The notes beneath the pieces are model-generated. The model was given only the letters and a program-made list of their open reading frames with translations, was not told the origin of the DNA and searched no databases. DNA of 64,000 nucleotides from a virus. Its lineage: Duplodnaviria; Caudoviricetes. The stretch covers positions 70,333 to 134,332 of IMG/VR virus record IMGVR_UViG_3300027807_000003; one strand, 5' to 3'. Shown here piece by piece: positions 1 through 9,378 of this stretch (position 1 is the first letter of the stretch; every line of letters starts with the position of its first letter). The position numbers and the translations under genes are program-made.

Positions 1-121
1 TAAAATCACACTTTTACCCAATGGGCGGGGATTAATCCTTTCAGCGTAAAGTGTGATGTCTGCATCAGAAACAGGACTTTTAGCAGCTTTATTGATAAAA
101 GCCTGTAGTGGGTCAATGATA

Positions 122-793
122 TTACTCACGGGTAGTTACCTCCCTGATAATTTCCATGTACTCTTCTAAGTGCTTTTGGGAAGGTTCCATGTCAGGTTTT
201 ATATCACCAGACTTGATTCTAATATCACTTTTCCAGTGAGTTGAGACAAGGACCAGCAATTTATGGAGTTTACTCCAAGTCTTATCGTCGTTCTCGTCAA
301 ACCAACAAGCCTTACCCTCACCTTCGATACCCTTGGGGTGACGCCTGTTCCCGACTAAGTACACCGTATAGCACCAGAGGGGTTTCATGCTGTCACTTTT
401 TTTGAAATAGACACGGCGATCGCTCTGATCGCTGCCCCAGATATTCAGACAAAATTCCCCGTCATAGCCCCATGCACGAATAGCGGCAGCAAAAGCAGCT
501 TTAATTGACCACTGGCGGGTAATAGTTTCAGCTTCTCTTTGGATTTTTTCTTGTTTTAGTTGGCGTTCGGTTTCTCTCCGAATCCTTTCCCGTTCTTCAG
601 CTTCTTGTTCAGCTTGGAACTTTTGAGCCGCCTCCATCCGGATTTGAGCTTTCTCTTCAGCGGAAAGTAGCTCTTGGCTCATGGCGATGGCTATGTCACC
701 ACCACGCTTGAAACATTCAGCGATCGCACCTTGAGCTAGTGCAAACAACTGCTGATCTGATAAACTTGAAAAATCAAGCATGATACTATACAT
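122..793 (-). CDS. Hypothetical protein with central coiled coil
   Basis: 223-aa ORF with an E/R/Q-rich helix; no family recognised. Confidence 0.6.
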   Translation of the reverse strand: MYSIMLDFSSLSDQQLFALAQGAIAECFKRGGDIAIAMSQELLSAEEKAQIRMEAAQKFQAEQEAEERERIRRETERQLKQEKIQREAETITRQWSIKAAFAAAIRAWGYDGEFCLNIWGSDQSDRRVYFKKSDSMKPLWCYTVYLVGNRRHPKGIEGEGKACWFDENDDKTWSKLHKLLVLVSTHWKSDIRIKSGDIKPDMEPSQKHLEEYMEIIREVTTRE

Positions 794-841
794 CCCTTGA
801 ACTTAACTTGGTTTTTACGCACGAGTTCCCTCTACGTGCGT

Positions 842-1114
842 TTATTTTTGGGGTTTTTGAGGGAGACGAAACCCTCTACCCGGTACGGACTCTAGTCCCC
901 ATCCGTGTTTACAGGCTTGGCAAATTGTTAAGACGTACTTAGGAGAAAGGTTTAACTCTTTACCAATTTTGGTAGAACTCCACCACCTCCCATCCTTTAA
1001 AAGGGAGAGAACATCGATCGCCCTCTGCTCCATAATTGAGCATGGACTAGAGTAAATACCTTTCAGCATTTGATTTGCAGCATTTCCTAATTTAGCCCGA
1101 TACTTTTTGTCCAT
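842..1114 (-). CDS. Small winged-HTH DNA-binding protein
   Basis: VLSLLKDGRWWSSTKIGKELNLS...GRGFRL resembles an HTH_11-type wHTH. Confidence 0.6.
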   Translation of the reverse strand: MDKKYRAKLGNAANQMLKGIYSSPCSIMEQRAIDVLSLLKDGRWWSSTKIGKELNLSPKYVLTICQACKHGWGLESVPGRGFRLPQKPQK

Positions 1115-1155
1115 AAACCCTCAAGAACTAATTTTATATTAGATCAAAATTTGAT

Positions 1156-1812
1156 CTAAATCAAGCTAGATTTCTCTAATTTCCTAAGAATTTCTTGGAT
1201 TTCTGAAAACCTACAAGATAAGGACTGTTTGATTTTCTTGTGAACTATTCCTATCGACAATTCTCCATCAAAATGGCCGTAGTTATCCTCCGCTAATCGC
1301 ATATGACGTTGATAGCCTATCATTACTTTCTCATAGAAAGTATAATTTTCTTGCTCAATACGATCCAACTTCTTACCTTTGCGAGAAAATGCAGTTTCAT
1401 AGCTTACTTCTAGCCACACAACATAATCGCATTTAACACCACCAGTAGCTAAATCATTGATTTCCCTGATGGATTTTTGGCTAATTCCTCGTCCATATCC
1501 TTGATAGGCAATTGTGGACTGGGTAAAGCGATCGCACAACACCCATTCATCTTTTGCCAGTGCTGGTTTGATTACTTCAGTAACATGGTGATAGCGATCG
1601 GCTGAGTACATTAGTAATTCAGCCACGGGGGAAATAGAGTATTTTTCGTCTAGAATTAAACTGCGAATTTCTCTTCCCAACAGGGTAGCTCCGGGTTGTT
1701 GTGTGGTGAGAACTGGGAGTCCTAAACTTCTCAACCATTTAGCGCATAAATTAAGTTGAGTCGTTTTACCACAGCCGTCAATACCTTCAAAGACAATTAG
1801 CTTTCCTGACAT
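1156..1812 (-). CDS. tmk: Thymidylate (dTMP) kinase
   Basis: P-loop FEGIDGCGKTTQ, plus LCDRF...STIAYQGYGRG and DRIEQE motifs. Confidence 0.96.
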   Translation of the reverse strand: MSGKLIVFEGIDGCGKTTQLNLCAKWLRSLGLPVLTTQQPGATLLGREIRSLILDEKYSISPVAELLMYSADRYHHVTEVIKPALAKDEWVLCDRFTQSTIAYQGYGRGISQKSIREINDLATGGVKCDYVVWLEVSYETAFSRKGKKLDRIEQENYTFYEKVMIGYQRHMRLAEDNYGHFDGELSIGIVHKKIKQSLSCRFSEIQEILRKLEKSSLI

Positions 1813-2294
1813 TATTCTGGTGTGTTTGGTTTTTCTCTCAAATGTTGCATAAGTTTTTCAAGGGGTATTTCAAAGTGCTTGATTCCCCCAGAGAAACCAT
1901 GATCAACTTTTTCGGGTTCAGGGAAGAATTTGATAGTAAACTTACATCCTAGCGATCCAAAACTCAAGAATGTTTCCACCAGTTCTTTGCCCAGAGCATT
2001 TAAATGTTCTGTTTCGCAAATACCCCATTCATAAGCAGGGATAAGAAACTTATTGCAGTTAGAATTAGTCTCTGGTTCTTTTTCGGCTACAGCTACCCTT
2101 CCACTACCAAAGAAATATTCAGGGTTGGTTGGCAGTTCGGTACAGAAGATAATCGGCAAACAAGCGTATTCTTGTAAGCCTCGTAAAATCACCTTGACTT
2201 GTTCATAACAATCTGAATTAGTCCGAATCAAAATATACGCCCTCGACGAAATTACAGCAATGGAAATGTCGGCAGGCTCTAGAAATCGTGGCAT
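1812..2294 (-). CDS. Hypothetical protein
   Basis: 160-aa ORF translationally coupled to tmk. Confidence 0.6.
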   Translation of the reverse strand: MPRFLEPADISIAVISSRAYILIRTNSDCYEQVKVILRGLQEYACLPIIFCTELPTNPEYFFGSGRVAVAEKEPETNSNCNKFLIPAYEWGICETEHLNALGKELVETFLSFGSLGCKFTIKFFPEPEKVDHGFSGGIKHFEIPLEKLMQHLREKPNTPE

Positions 2295-2438
2295 ATTTTT
2301 ACTCCCCGACGAACAGAAATTAGCATTTGTCTAGTCTTATTGAATACCACGGATTGATATACCGTGTCTAGCCAAAAACAGAAAATGTGTTATTTTTTGA
2401 CTTACTTTCAAAAATGGTAGTTTTAACGCTACAATACC

Positions 2439-3077
2439 TTGATTAAGGGCATAAAGCAATACCAGATGGGGGGAGATGTGTCGTTAGAATCGAAAATACA
2501 CGAGGTCTGTTATCTACTGAAAATTCGGTTTTTTGGTCGTTTTGACCAGATAAACCCTGCTGATATGGTTTACCTAGTCACTTATATTTTTGACAAACTT
2601 GGGTATCCAGCGATGGTGGTATTGGGAGAACTCCACGGGAAACCACATGCATGGAACCGGATTAATGGCCTTTTTGTAGATGCAATTTACCCAGAGGGGG
2701 AATACTCACAAATCTTTACAGGGAGGGAAGACCCAAGTGGCTACCAGTGGAAGGAATGCTTGGTGATGCGATCGCCCTTCATCGACACAGAAGAAATGAA
2801 GATCGCCATTGAGTGGGCAGATAGCTTAGTAGACTGGCTACCAATTGCATGGACAGAATATGCGCCTATGGACCCAAAAATACTAAGGGCATTTAAAAAA
2901 TATCAAGACGTATCAGCCAAAGTCAATGAGTTTCGTGCAAAAGGGGTGAGTTTCTTTATTGATCACCCACCAGATAGAGCGATCGCCCTTGAATACTGGT
3001 GGAACATTAACTTTCCTAGTTTTCCGCTAGACACACAAATAACTACACCTAAAATTACAGCAGGAGCAACAGCATGA
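2439..3077 (+). CDS. Hypothetical protein, possible transglutaminase-like fold
   Basis: LGYPAMVVLG...PHAWNRI...VDA resembles the His/Asp part of transglutaminase cores; no obvious catalytic Cys. Start uncertain. Confidence 0.45.
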   Translation: MIKGIKQYQMGGDVSLESKIHEVCYLLKIRFFGRFDQINPADMVYLVTYIFDKLGYPAMVVLGELHGKPHAWNRINGLFVDAIYPEGEYSQIFTGREDPSGYQWKECLVMRSPFIDTEEMKIAIEWADSLVDWLPIAWTEYAPMDPKILRAFKKYQDVSAKVNEFRAKGVSFFIDHPPDRAIALEYWWNINFPSFPLDTQITTPKITAGATA

Positions 3078-3829
3078 AAGTATCAGAAATTCTTGATTCT
3101 ATATTTGCCCAGTATCCTTGGTATCGCCGCTTGACAGGTGGTAGATGGATTTTAGTGGACAGTGATTTTAAGGACATTAAAGCCCCACAAACTATCTACC
3201 CTAAATGGGCCCGATATATTGATATCCTCAAAAGAGAAAAATCCATTGGGTATGAAGAGTATAGGCAAGAACAATGGAGTAAGAGTTTGCAACAACTCGA
3301 AAAGTACCAAGGCGAGGTAAATCAACTTAGGCAGGAACTAAGGGAATCCAATGAGAGGGCTAATAATTTAGCCGAAGAGTGCGATCGCCAAATTGCTACC
3401 TATCGACAACCTTACATAGATTTACTTCGGGAGAAAGAGGAGATAAAAAATAAAGCTCTTTTGCTGGAGTGTAGGGCGATCGAGGCAGAGAGAAAAGTAG
3501 GTATTTCCGAAAATACCATTGCTGATCTTAGATCAGAAATCGCAAGACTTGAGGATGAGCAGGCTGTTTACAAAACTGCTTTTGAGCAAGAAAAAAATGA
3601 GGTAAGCAGACTAAGTTTTATTGCCGAACACAAAACCGCCCAGTTAGAAAGTGAACTTAGAAAAGCTCAAGATGAGCTTAATAAACAAAGTAGGATAGGA
3701 GTGGAGCTACAAAATGCTATTGAATATTTAGTAGAAACTGGAGAGAAGAGAATTAATCAACTGGAAAATGATTTAAAAAATGCTCAAGATGAACTTAAAA
3801 AGGCAAAACAATATAGTGCATTAATTTAA
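3074..3829 (+). CDS. Coiled-coil protein
   Basis: Long heptad-rich E/K/Q/L C-terminal region; ATGA overlap with the upstream gene. Confidence 0.65.
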   Translation: MKVSEILDSIFAQYPWYRRLTGGRWILVDSDFKDIKAPQTIYPKWARYIDILKREKSIGYEEYRQEQWSKSLQQLEKYQGEVNQLRQELRESNERANNLAEECDRQIATYRQPYIDLLREKEEIKNKALLLECRAIEAERKVGISENTIADLRSEIARLEDEQAVYKTAFEQEKNEVSRLSFIAEHKTAQLESELRKAQDELNKQSRIGVELQNAIEYLVETGEKRINQLENDLKNAQDELKKAKQYSALI

Positions 3830-3835
3830 AATCAA

Positions 3836-4279
3836 TTAAGCAAATTGTTTAATATCTATCTCCAATTCTTGCACAGTTGCAGCGGAAACCTTGACCAATA
3901 TTCCTACACACTTTGGTTGGTTCCGCTGCTTTCTTATCTTATAAAATCTTCCACTACACCCTACCACATAGCCGGAAGAATCATTACTTAATATCTCTGC
4001 TTCTACCATCGCATCTAAAACACTGCCGATTAAATTATCAGAATCGGAAGATAGGAAATTAATAAAGTGACACTCCACAAAACAGGGATATGTAATCTTA
4101 GGAACCTTAGATGCAATTAAATGAATGACTGCTGCACTTTTCCATCTTGAATATCTTGGGTCTGTATAAGTGCGTCCGTTGGAGAATCTTGGTCGTCCTT
4201 TGCCAACACCTTTATCGGGAATCCAGATTGAAATCATAGAATTAATTAAAAAAACTTGCCTGAATACCACATCAGACAA
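3836..4279 (-). CDS. rusA: RusA-family Holliday junction resolvase
   Basis: KGRPRF N-terminal motif and the DSDNLIGSVLDAMVEAEILSNDS catalytic signature. Confidence 0.85.
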   Translation of the reverse strand: MSDVVFRQVFLINSMISIWIPDKGVGKGRPRFSNGRTYTDPRYSRWKSAAVIHLIASKVPKITYPCFVECHFINFLSSDSDNLIGSVLDAMVEAEILSNDSSGYVVGCSGRFYKIRKQRNQPKCVGILVKVSAATVQELEIDIKQFA

Positions 4280-4308
4280 GAATAAGATACCAGATATTTA
4301 GAATTATT

Positions 4309-4713
4309 TTAGCCTGCTGCTGCCGCTTCTTTTGCAAGTAAACCCTCAGCGATCGCCCAAGAGTTTTCAACCACATTAGTAGTGTCGTGGGGCAGGAGGA
4401 TACTTGGCCCACCTCTTTGAATTTTTAGATTGATAACTGCCGATGCAATTGAACCAGCAATTTCAGTTGCAATGGGGAGTACCCCATGAGCTTTATTAGC
4501 AGGAACAGTTGCTGGGTGAGGTGTGGATGCTGGTGGATTTGTAGGTGCAGGTGCGGCAGTTGCTACTACAGGTGTAACGGCGTTGGGGGGGATAGCCGTG
4601 GGGTTTGTACCAGTAGTTGCAGGGGTAGTAGTTGGATTAGGGGCAGTGGCAACTACTGGTGTAGTTGTTTCAGATGGTGTAGTCGGATTAGATTCAACGG
4701 TTGCGGTAGCCAT
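4309..4713 (-). CDS. Pro/Thr-rich small protein, paralog A
   Basis: Low-complexity PT N-terminus; C-terminal domain similar to 4933..5277. Confidence 0.65.
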   Translation of the reverse strand: MATATVESNPTTPSETTTPVVATAPNPTTTPATTGTNPTAIPPNAVTPVVATAAPAPTNPPASTPHPATVPANKAHGVLPIATEIAGSIASAVINLKIQRGGPSILLPHDTTNVVENSWAIAEGLLAKEAAAAG

Positions 4714-4932
4714 AAATTAATTTCTAGAAAAATTACAACTTATTTAATTATAATCGCCAAAATTTTAAACCACCACTATTAAAAAGTTCTATCAGCGATC
4801 GCTAGTGACCGCCAACAGAACTGATAAGCATTTACCATTACCCTATAATATCTTAACCACCAATAAAAAGTTCTGTTTACTGGTGTAAACAGAACGATTT
4901 TTAAATCCATCTTGCTTGTAATTTATTTTAAC

Positions 4933-5277
4933 TCAGTTTTTACTAGTTTCTGCAATTATCTGTTTAGCCAGAGCGATCGCACTCTGGGAGATATTGCTAA
5001 TATCAGCAGGACTCAGAACCAGAGGAATTCCTCTGGTTGCCTTGTTTCCTAGAACCTGCCCAGCCGCTATAGCGGCGATATTTAAAGCTGCCACTTGGAG
5101 CTTGTTTGGAGCGGGTTCTGGGCTTGTTGTCGTGGGTGTCGTCGGGGGTGTCGCTGGTTCAGGTACAGCAGCAGTAGTAGGAGGTGTTGATGGAGTTGTA
5201 TTGCTATTTTCTGGTGGAGTATTAGTAGAGGGTTCTGGTGGAGTAGTTGGTTGGTTTGCTGTTGGAGTAGTAGCCAT
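4933..5277 (-). CDS. Pro/Thr-rich small protein, paralog B
   Basis: Same architecture as 4309..4713 (K..RG.P..L.P.D..N motif). Confidence 0.65.
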   Translation of the reverse strand: MATTPTANQPTTPPEPSTNTPPENSNTTPSTPPTTAAVPEPATPPTTPTTTSPEPAPNKLQVAALNIAAIAAGQVLGNKATRGIPLVLSPADISNISQSAIALAKQIIAETSKN

Positions 5278-5301
5278 ATTTTTAAGTAATAAACTATTTC
5301 C

Positions 5302-6411
5302 ATGATAATATACTCAAAACTTTATTGGAGAATGGACATGATGTACCCTACTTTGTTTTTGATTCGTGGTATCACTGGCAATGGTAAAACCAGTTTAGCT
5401 AAAAGGATTGGAGGATGTGTAAATATCGCAGCTGATAACTATCCGGGGTTATATGTGGATGGAGAATATCAGCAGCATTTACAGAAGGAATCTCATGAAT
5501 GGGTTTTACAAAAAGTAGAAGAATGGATGGGATCAAAACTTGATATCGCTGTTCACAATACTTTTGTTCGCACATTTTATCTGGATCAATACCTTAAATT
5601 AGCGAAGAAATATGGGTATGCGGTTCAGATAATCACGTCAGAAGCAGTTATCTTACCAAATGGTGAAAGAACAAAATCAACACACAATGTCCCTGAAAGT
5701 GTAATTGACCGAATGAAAGAGCAGTGGGAACCATTTAACCCACCTACACGCAAGGGGATGACTTTTAAAGATTTAGCTCGTCAATTTCATTGGGTCCCTC
5801 AAAAGTATGAGATTAGCTTTCCGCCAGATGTAATTATTTTTGACAAAGACGGTACAATTACCAAACCAAAAGATGATAATAGAATCTTCCAAAAAACACC
5901 TGATGATTTTATCCTCAACCTTGACTTTTTTAACCTTATAGACTTTCTGAGCATTAACTCTGTTGAATTCTCGGCTTACGTTATTAGTAATCAGAAGGGA
6001 GTATCCACAGGGCAGAAAACTCTAGATTTTCTGAAGCAAGAAGTTGAGTTAATGCATCAAAAGATCTACAATGCTTTTTCTGGAATTTATAAGTCTTGGC
6101 ATTTTACAAAAAGCTTTTTTGCGATTAGCGATCGCGAGTATTTGACCTACGATCCTAACGAGAGGATTTGGGACAATAGAGCATCTAAGTTCGTGGTCTA
6201 CAAGCCAGGGATTGAGTTGTATTGCCAAATTATTGAGAATACAGAAAACTACCAGTCCAAGAAGTTTTGGATTATTGGTGATGCACACACAGATGGATCG
6301 TCGGAAGATTGGCAAGCGGCTAGTAAGGTAATTAATCATTACGAAGATGTGGACATAGCTTACATCCCAATTGAAATTGCTTACCAACTAGCAGCCAGTG
6401 CACTGAAATAG
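5302..6411 (+). CDS. P-loop kinase + HAD phosphatase fusion (polynucleotide kinase/3'-phosphatase-like)
   Basis: RGITGNGKTS Walker A and HNVPESVIDRM (AAA_33-like); HAD motifs FDKDGT, ISNQKG, KPG and IGD. Start probably near 5338. Confidence 0.8.
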   Translation: MIIYSKLYWRMDMMYPTLFLIRGITGNGKTSLAKRIGGCVNIAADNYPGLYVDGEYQQHLQKESHEWVLQKVEEWMGSKLDIAVHNTFVRTFYLDQYLKLAKKYGYAVQIITSEAVILPNGERTKSTHNVPESVIDRMKEQWEPFNPPTRKGMTFKDLARQFHWVPQKYEISFPPDVIIFDKDGTITKPKDDNRIFQKTPDDFILNLDFFNLIDFLSINSVEFSAYVISNQKGVSTGQKTLDFLKQEVELMHQKIYNAFSGIYKSWHFTKSFFAISDREYLTYDPNERIWDNRASKFVVYKPGIELYCQIIENTENYQSKKFWIIGDAHTDGSSEDWQAASKVINHYEDVDIAYIPIEIAYQLAASALK

Positions 6412-6421
6412 AAGACAAAAA

Positions 6422-6471
6422 GAACCCCAAACTATTTACATTAAATGAGGTGAGCAAATAGCTTGGGGTTC
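6422..6471. terminator. Stem-loop between convergent genes
   Basis: GAACCCCAAACTATTT...AAATAGCTTGGGGTTC inverted repeat. Confidence 0.5.
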
Positions 6472-6541
6472 AATTAAAAACAATCTAAAAGGACAATGAA
6501 CTACGATAATTTAACCTGGATATATTATAGTTGTCAACTAT

Positions 6542-7177
6542 TTAAACACTCATCTTTAATTTTTGTGCTTCAGACAAGTTCCCTTCTTGTAATTGCTTTA
6601 GTCTCTCCTCGCGGGAGACTTTCTTCGAGAATCCGTACAAGGAAGTAATTATTTCTTCCTTCGTACACTGTAATTCTTTTCCTCGCCTTTCAAGGAAAAG
6701 TTCATATTCTTCATAGTTGTAGTCTACGAATAGACCCAAACCTAAACATCCAATTTGATGTTTGTCAAACACTCCTCCACCTTCTTCTATGGCGCGCTTG
6801 TAAATCCTTTCCGGTACCTGTCCCCGGAAATTACATCGCCCCTCTGGAGGGAATTGGACAATTGCACTAGCTAAAAGGTTTTCGTGTTTTTTGAGAAATT
6901 CTAAGGCTAGGCGCATAGCTTCCATAGCTACATGAGATTTACTGTAGCCAAGTGCCCCGCGTACTTGAATCACAGAATTATAAAGATTCGGGGGAACCAT
7001 GATATTTAGTTCGACGGTTACTAATTTAGTAACTAGTTCACCCTTTACTTTTCCTCGGTCGGGGTGTGACTGGATATCTTCTGCTAGTTCATGCTCAGTT
7101 TTTGGTTTTTTGCTCATTTTCCAGGAATCTCGGAACTCTACTAATTTAGATATACCATAATTAAGAGGTTCTTTCAA
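6542..7177 (-). CDS. Hypothetical protein (possible ribbon-helix-helix-like regulator)
   Basis: 211-aa ORF; two weak beta-helix-helix-like segments. Confidence 0.5.
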   Translation of the reverse strand: MKEPLNYGISKLVEFRDSWKMSKKPKTEHELAEDIQSHPDRGKVKGELVTKLVTVELNIMVPPNLYNSVIQVRGALGYSKSHVAMEAMRLALEFLKKHENLLASAIVQFPPEGRCNFRGQVPERIYKRAIEEGGGVFDKHQIGCLGLGLFVDYNYEEYELFLERRGKELQCTKEEIITSLYGFSKKVSREERLKQLQEGNLSEAQKLKMSV

Positions 7178-7268
7178 AAGAAGATCCGATATTCCCGTAT
7201 TCTCAGCGTAAATACTGTTAAAATGGTAAAGTCACGTCAAATGACAACACAAAACACCATAACCCAAC

Positions 7269-7296
7269 GACCCCAACTTTGGGGTCTTTATTTTTA
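7269..7296 (+). terminator. Intrinsic terminator-like hairpin
   Basis: GACCCCAA-CT-TTGGGGTC followed by a T-rich run. Confidence 0.5.
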
Positions 7297-7362
7297 TTGA
7301 GCATCTACCTACGACATGCGCGACAATAACGCTTGTACTACGACAGACACGTCATCCTCGAC

Positions 7363-7839
7363 ATGGACAAAAAACAAGCTGCTGAATTTTTAGGTGTTAG
7401 TCAGCGCATGATTGAACGCTATACTCAGTCTGGCGAGATTGGGTGTACATATATTAAGCAAGGACGGGTAAATAAGGCTATATATGACGAAGAGGAATTA
7501 AGGAGATTTAAAGAACGGCGAGAAAAACCAATTCGTCCATCCATTACCACTGATACACCACGACAATCTCCGACATCCCACGACATTATACCGTACCCTG
7601 ACACCTCCGACAGTATTGAAGATATCGTTGAAATAACCAGGATTTTCACCATAGGATTACAGCAAATTAGAACCAGTGAAAAGCTGGTATTAACACTGAA
7701 AGAATGTCAGTTACTAACTGGGCTTTCTCGTAAATATTTGTTGGATGCGATCGCGTCTAAGAAGCTAAAAGCCAAGTATATTGGCAGGGGGTGGAAAATT
7801 ACCAGAATAGATTTAAAGGCTTTTACTAGATCCTTTTAG
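7363..7839 (+). CDS. Excisionase/MerR-like double HTH_17 DNA-binding protein
   Basis: MDKKQAAEFLGVSQRMIERY at the N-terminus and LTLKECQLLTGLSRKYL...IGRGWKI at the C-terminus; ATG at 7363. Confidence 0.8.
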   Translation: MDKKQAAEFLGVSQRMIERYTQSGEIGCTYIKQGRVNKAIYDEEELRRFKERREKPIRPSITTDTPRQSPTSHDIIPYPDTSDSIEDIVEITRIFTIGLQQIRTSEKLVLTLKECQLLTGLSRKYLLDAIASKKLKAKYIGRGWKITRIDLKAFTRSF

Positions 7840-7854
7840 ATCCGTCTTCTAAGA

Positions 7855-7885
7855 ATAGGGGGTCAAACCCCCTATCTATTTTTCT
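7855..7885 (+). terminator. Intrinsic terminator
   Basis: ATAGGGGG-TCAAA-CCCCCTAT followed by a T-rich tail, just after the stop codon. Confidence 0.6.
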
Positions 7886-7935
7886 TCCTGCTAAAGATAG
7901 ATTTTAAGAAACAAGGCTATAATTTTTTTTAATTA

Positions 7936-8454
7936 TTGTATTTTGCAAGCAATTTATTTGGTTTAAAAATGTTAACAATTCAGTTAAGTACAGGAAGCCT
8001 ACGTACATCGCTAAGTAGGTTTTTGGATACACCCATATTGGTCGAAAAAGTTGGCGACAAATACCAAGGGCTTGTTTTTTTAGATGGGGAGAATTTATTT
8101 AAAACCCCACTTTACAATTCCCCCAAATATACTTTACAAAAACTTCAAAGGAAAGCAGTTGAAAATTATTGCTACTCATCAAGATACCCTACCGTTATGA
8201 TGAGTATTCGTGGCCAAAAGCAAAAAGTGGTTGCATTGAACGAATTGGCAGAGAATTTTTTAGGGGACAAATTAAATGGGGAACCTTCGATTTTTAGTAA
8301 ATGGGGACGGGAATATATGCGGAAACACTTACTTTCTTTAAAAATTGCAGACATTGATCATTTAAATACAAAAAATGCCTTGATAGAAATTAAAAGGGTA
8401 TCAAAGGCACTTTTTGTTTATTCATTTGTAAATTGGGAGGATTCTATTTACTAA
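7936..8454 (+). CDS. Hypothetical protein
   Basis: 172-aa ORF; start probably at 7969. Confidence 0.55.
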   Translation: MYFASNLFGLKMLTIQLSTGSLRTSLSRFLDTPILVEKVGDKYQGLVFLDGENLFKTPLYNSPKYTLQKLQRKAVENYCYSSRYPTVMMSIRGQKQKVVALNELAENFLGDKLNGEPSIFSKWGREYMRKHLLSLKIADIDHLNTKNALIEIKRVSKALFVYSFVNWEDSIY

Positions 8455-9250
8455 TCTCTTCATACTCTAATATCAAGTCTTCAATTAACTTAATAATTTG
8501 TTCGTAGCAATTACCTAATTTAGCGTCCCAAGTACTTTGCAGGGTGGTTAACTTTCTTCTATCCAAATATTCTACCATGAACCAAGCTATGGTATAGAGT
8601 GTATTCTCTGATATCTCTATACCATCTACATTATTTCTAATATGGTGCAAAGTCTCAAGCGGGATATTGGTCATTCCCGCGCAATCAACCAAAGAAAAAT
8701 TTCTCTTGGTCAGTACGTATATAAAAGCTTTTTGTAAGCGATTTAAAAGATCTCCGGAAATTGTACTCTGTCTTTTGTCAGATTGCCCTTTTAATCTTTC
8801 GGCTAATAATTGGCTTGATATTGCGACAATGTTAGCCAGTTCAGCCGTAGAGGCATTCTGAAGCCGAGACTCTAGGTCTTCAGCCTCAGAGACAGTACAG
8901 TTTAGTTTGTTTATCAAAAAGCTGGCCAGTGACATCCCGTAAAATTTAGCCAGCATTGCCAAGTCTGTGACTTTTGGCACATCAGTTTGAGCCGGGTCAG
9001 ACCAACGCCGGATTTTGTTTCTTCCTATTTCCGGAATTTTACTTTCTATTTCTGCGGACAACTTATAGGGTGTTAGATCTTTTTCTCTGGCTTCCTGCCT
9101 GAAAAAGGTTACGAGCTTGGCTTTAATATCTTCCTCGGGTGGAAAGTAATTCGCCGATTTTACGTTTCCACTTACATCACGATCATCACGATAATTATTA
9201 TCTTCCTTACCATTCACTGAAGTCTCACCGCTTAGTAACACCATAACCAC
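8444..9250 (-). CDS. XRE/Cro-CI-like HTH transcription regulator (candidate repressor)
   Basis: LTPYKLSAEI...IRRWS...PKVTDLAMLAKFYGMSLASFL, plus a second HTH-like segment (FSLVDCAGMTNIPLETLHHI). Confidence 0.7.
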   Translation of the reverse strand: MVMVLLSGETSVNGKEDNNYRDDRDVSGNVKSANYFPPEEDIKAKLVTFFRQEAREKDLTPYKLSAEIESKIPEIGRNKIRRWSDPAQTDVPKVTDLAMLAKFYGMSLASFLINKLNCTVSEAEDLESRLQNASTAELANIVAISSQLLAERLKGQSDKRQSTISGDLLNRLQKAFIYVLTKRNFSLVDCAGMTNIPLETLHHIRNNVDGIEISENTLYTIAWFMVEYLDRRKLTTLQSTWDAKLGNCYEQIIKLIEDLILEYEEISK

Positions 9251-9330
9251 ATACTACCGCTTTGCAACTACACATATCTTATAATATTATCAAATAAATA
9301 TTTTTGCAAAACAAGTATATTTTTGCAAAT

Positions 9331-9364
9331 CGCATGAAATACTTGTGGTGGCAGTATTTCAGCG
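9331..9364 (-). terminator. Hairpin just downstream of the Cas12/TnpB-like gene
   Basis: TGAAATACT-N9-AGTATTTCA inverted repeat; either a terminator or a relic IS605 right-end hairpin. Confidence 0.45.
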
Positions 9365-9378
9365 ATTTCGTTTTTAGC

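Noticed and set aside
4486-5305. Plus-strand ORFs antisense to the Pro/Thr-rich genes
   Set aside because: Shadow frames of low-complexity codons; the minus-strand pair shows mutual homology.
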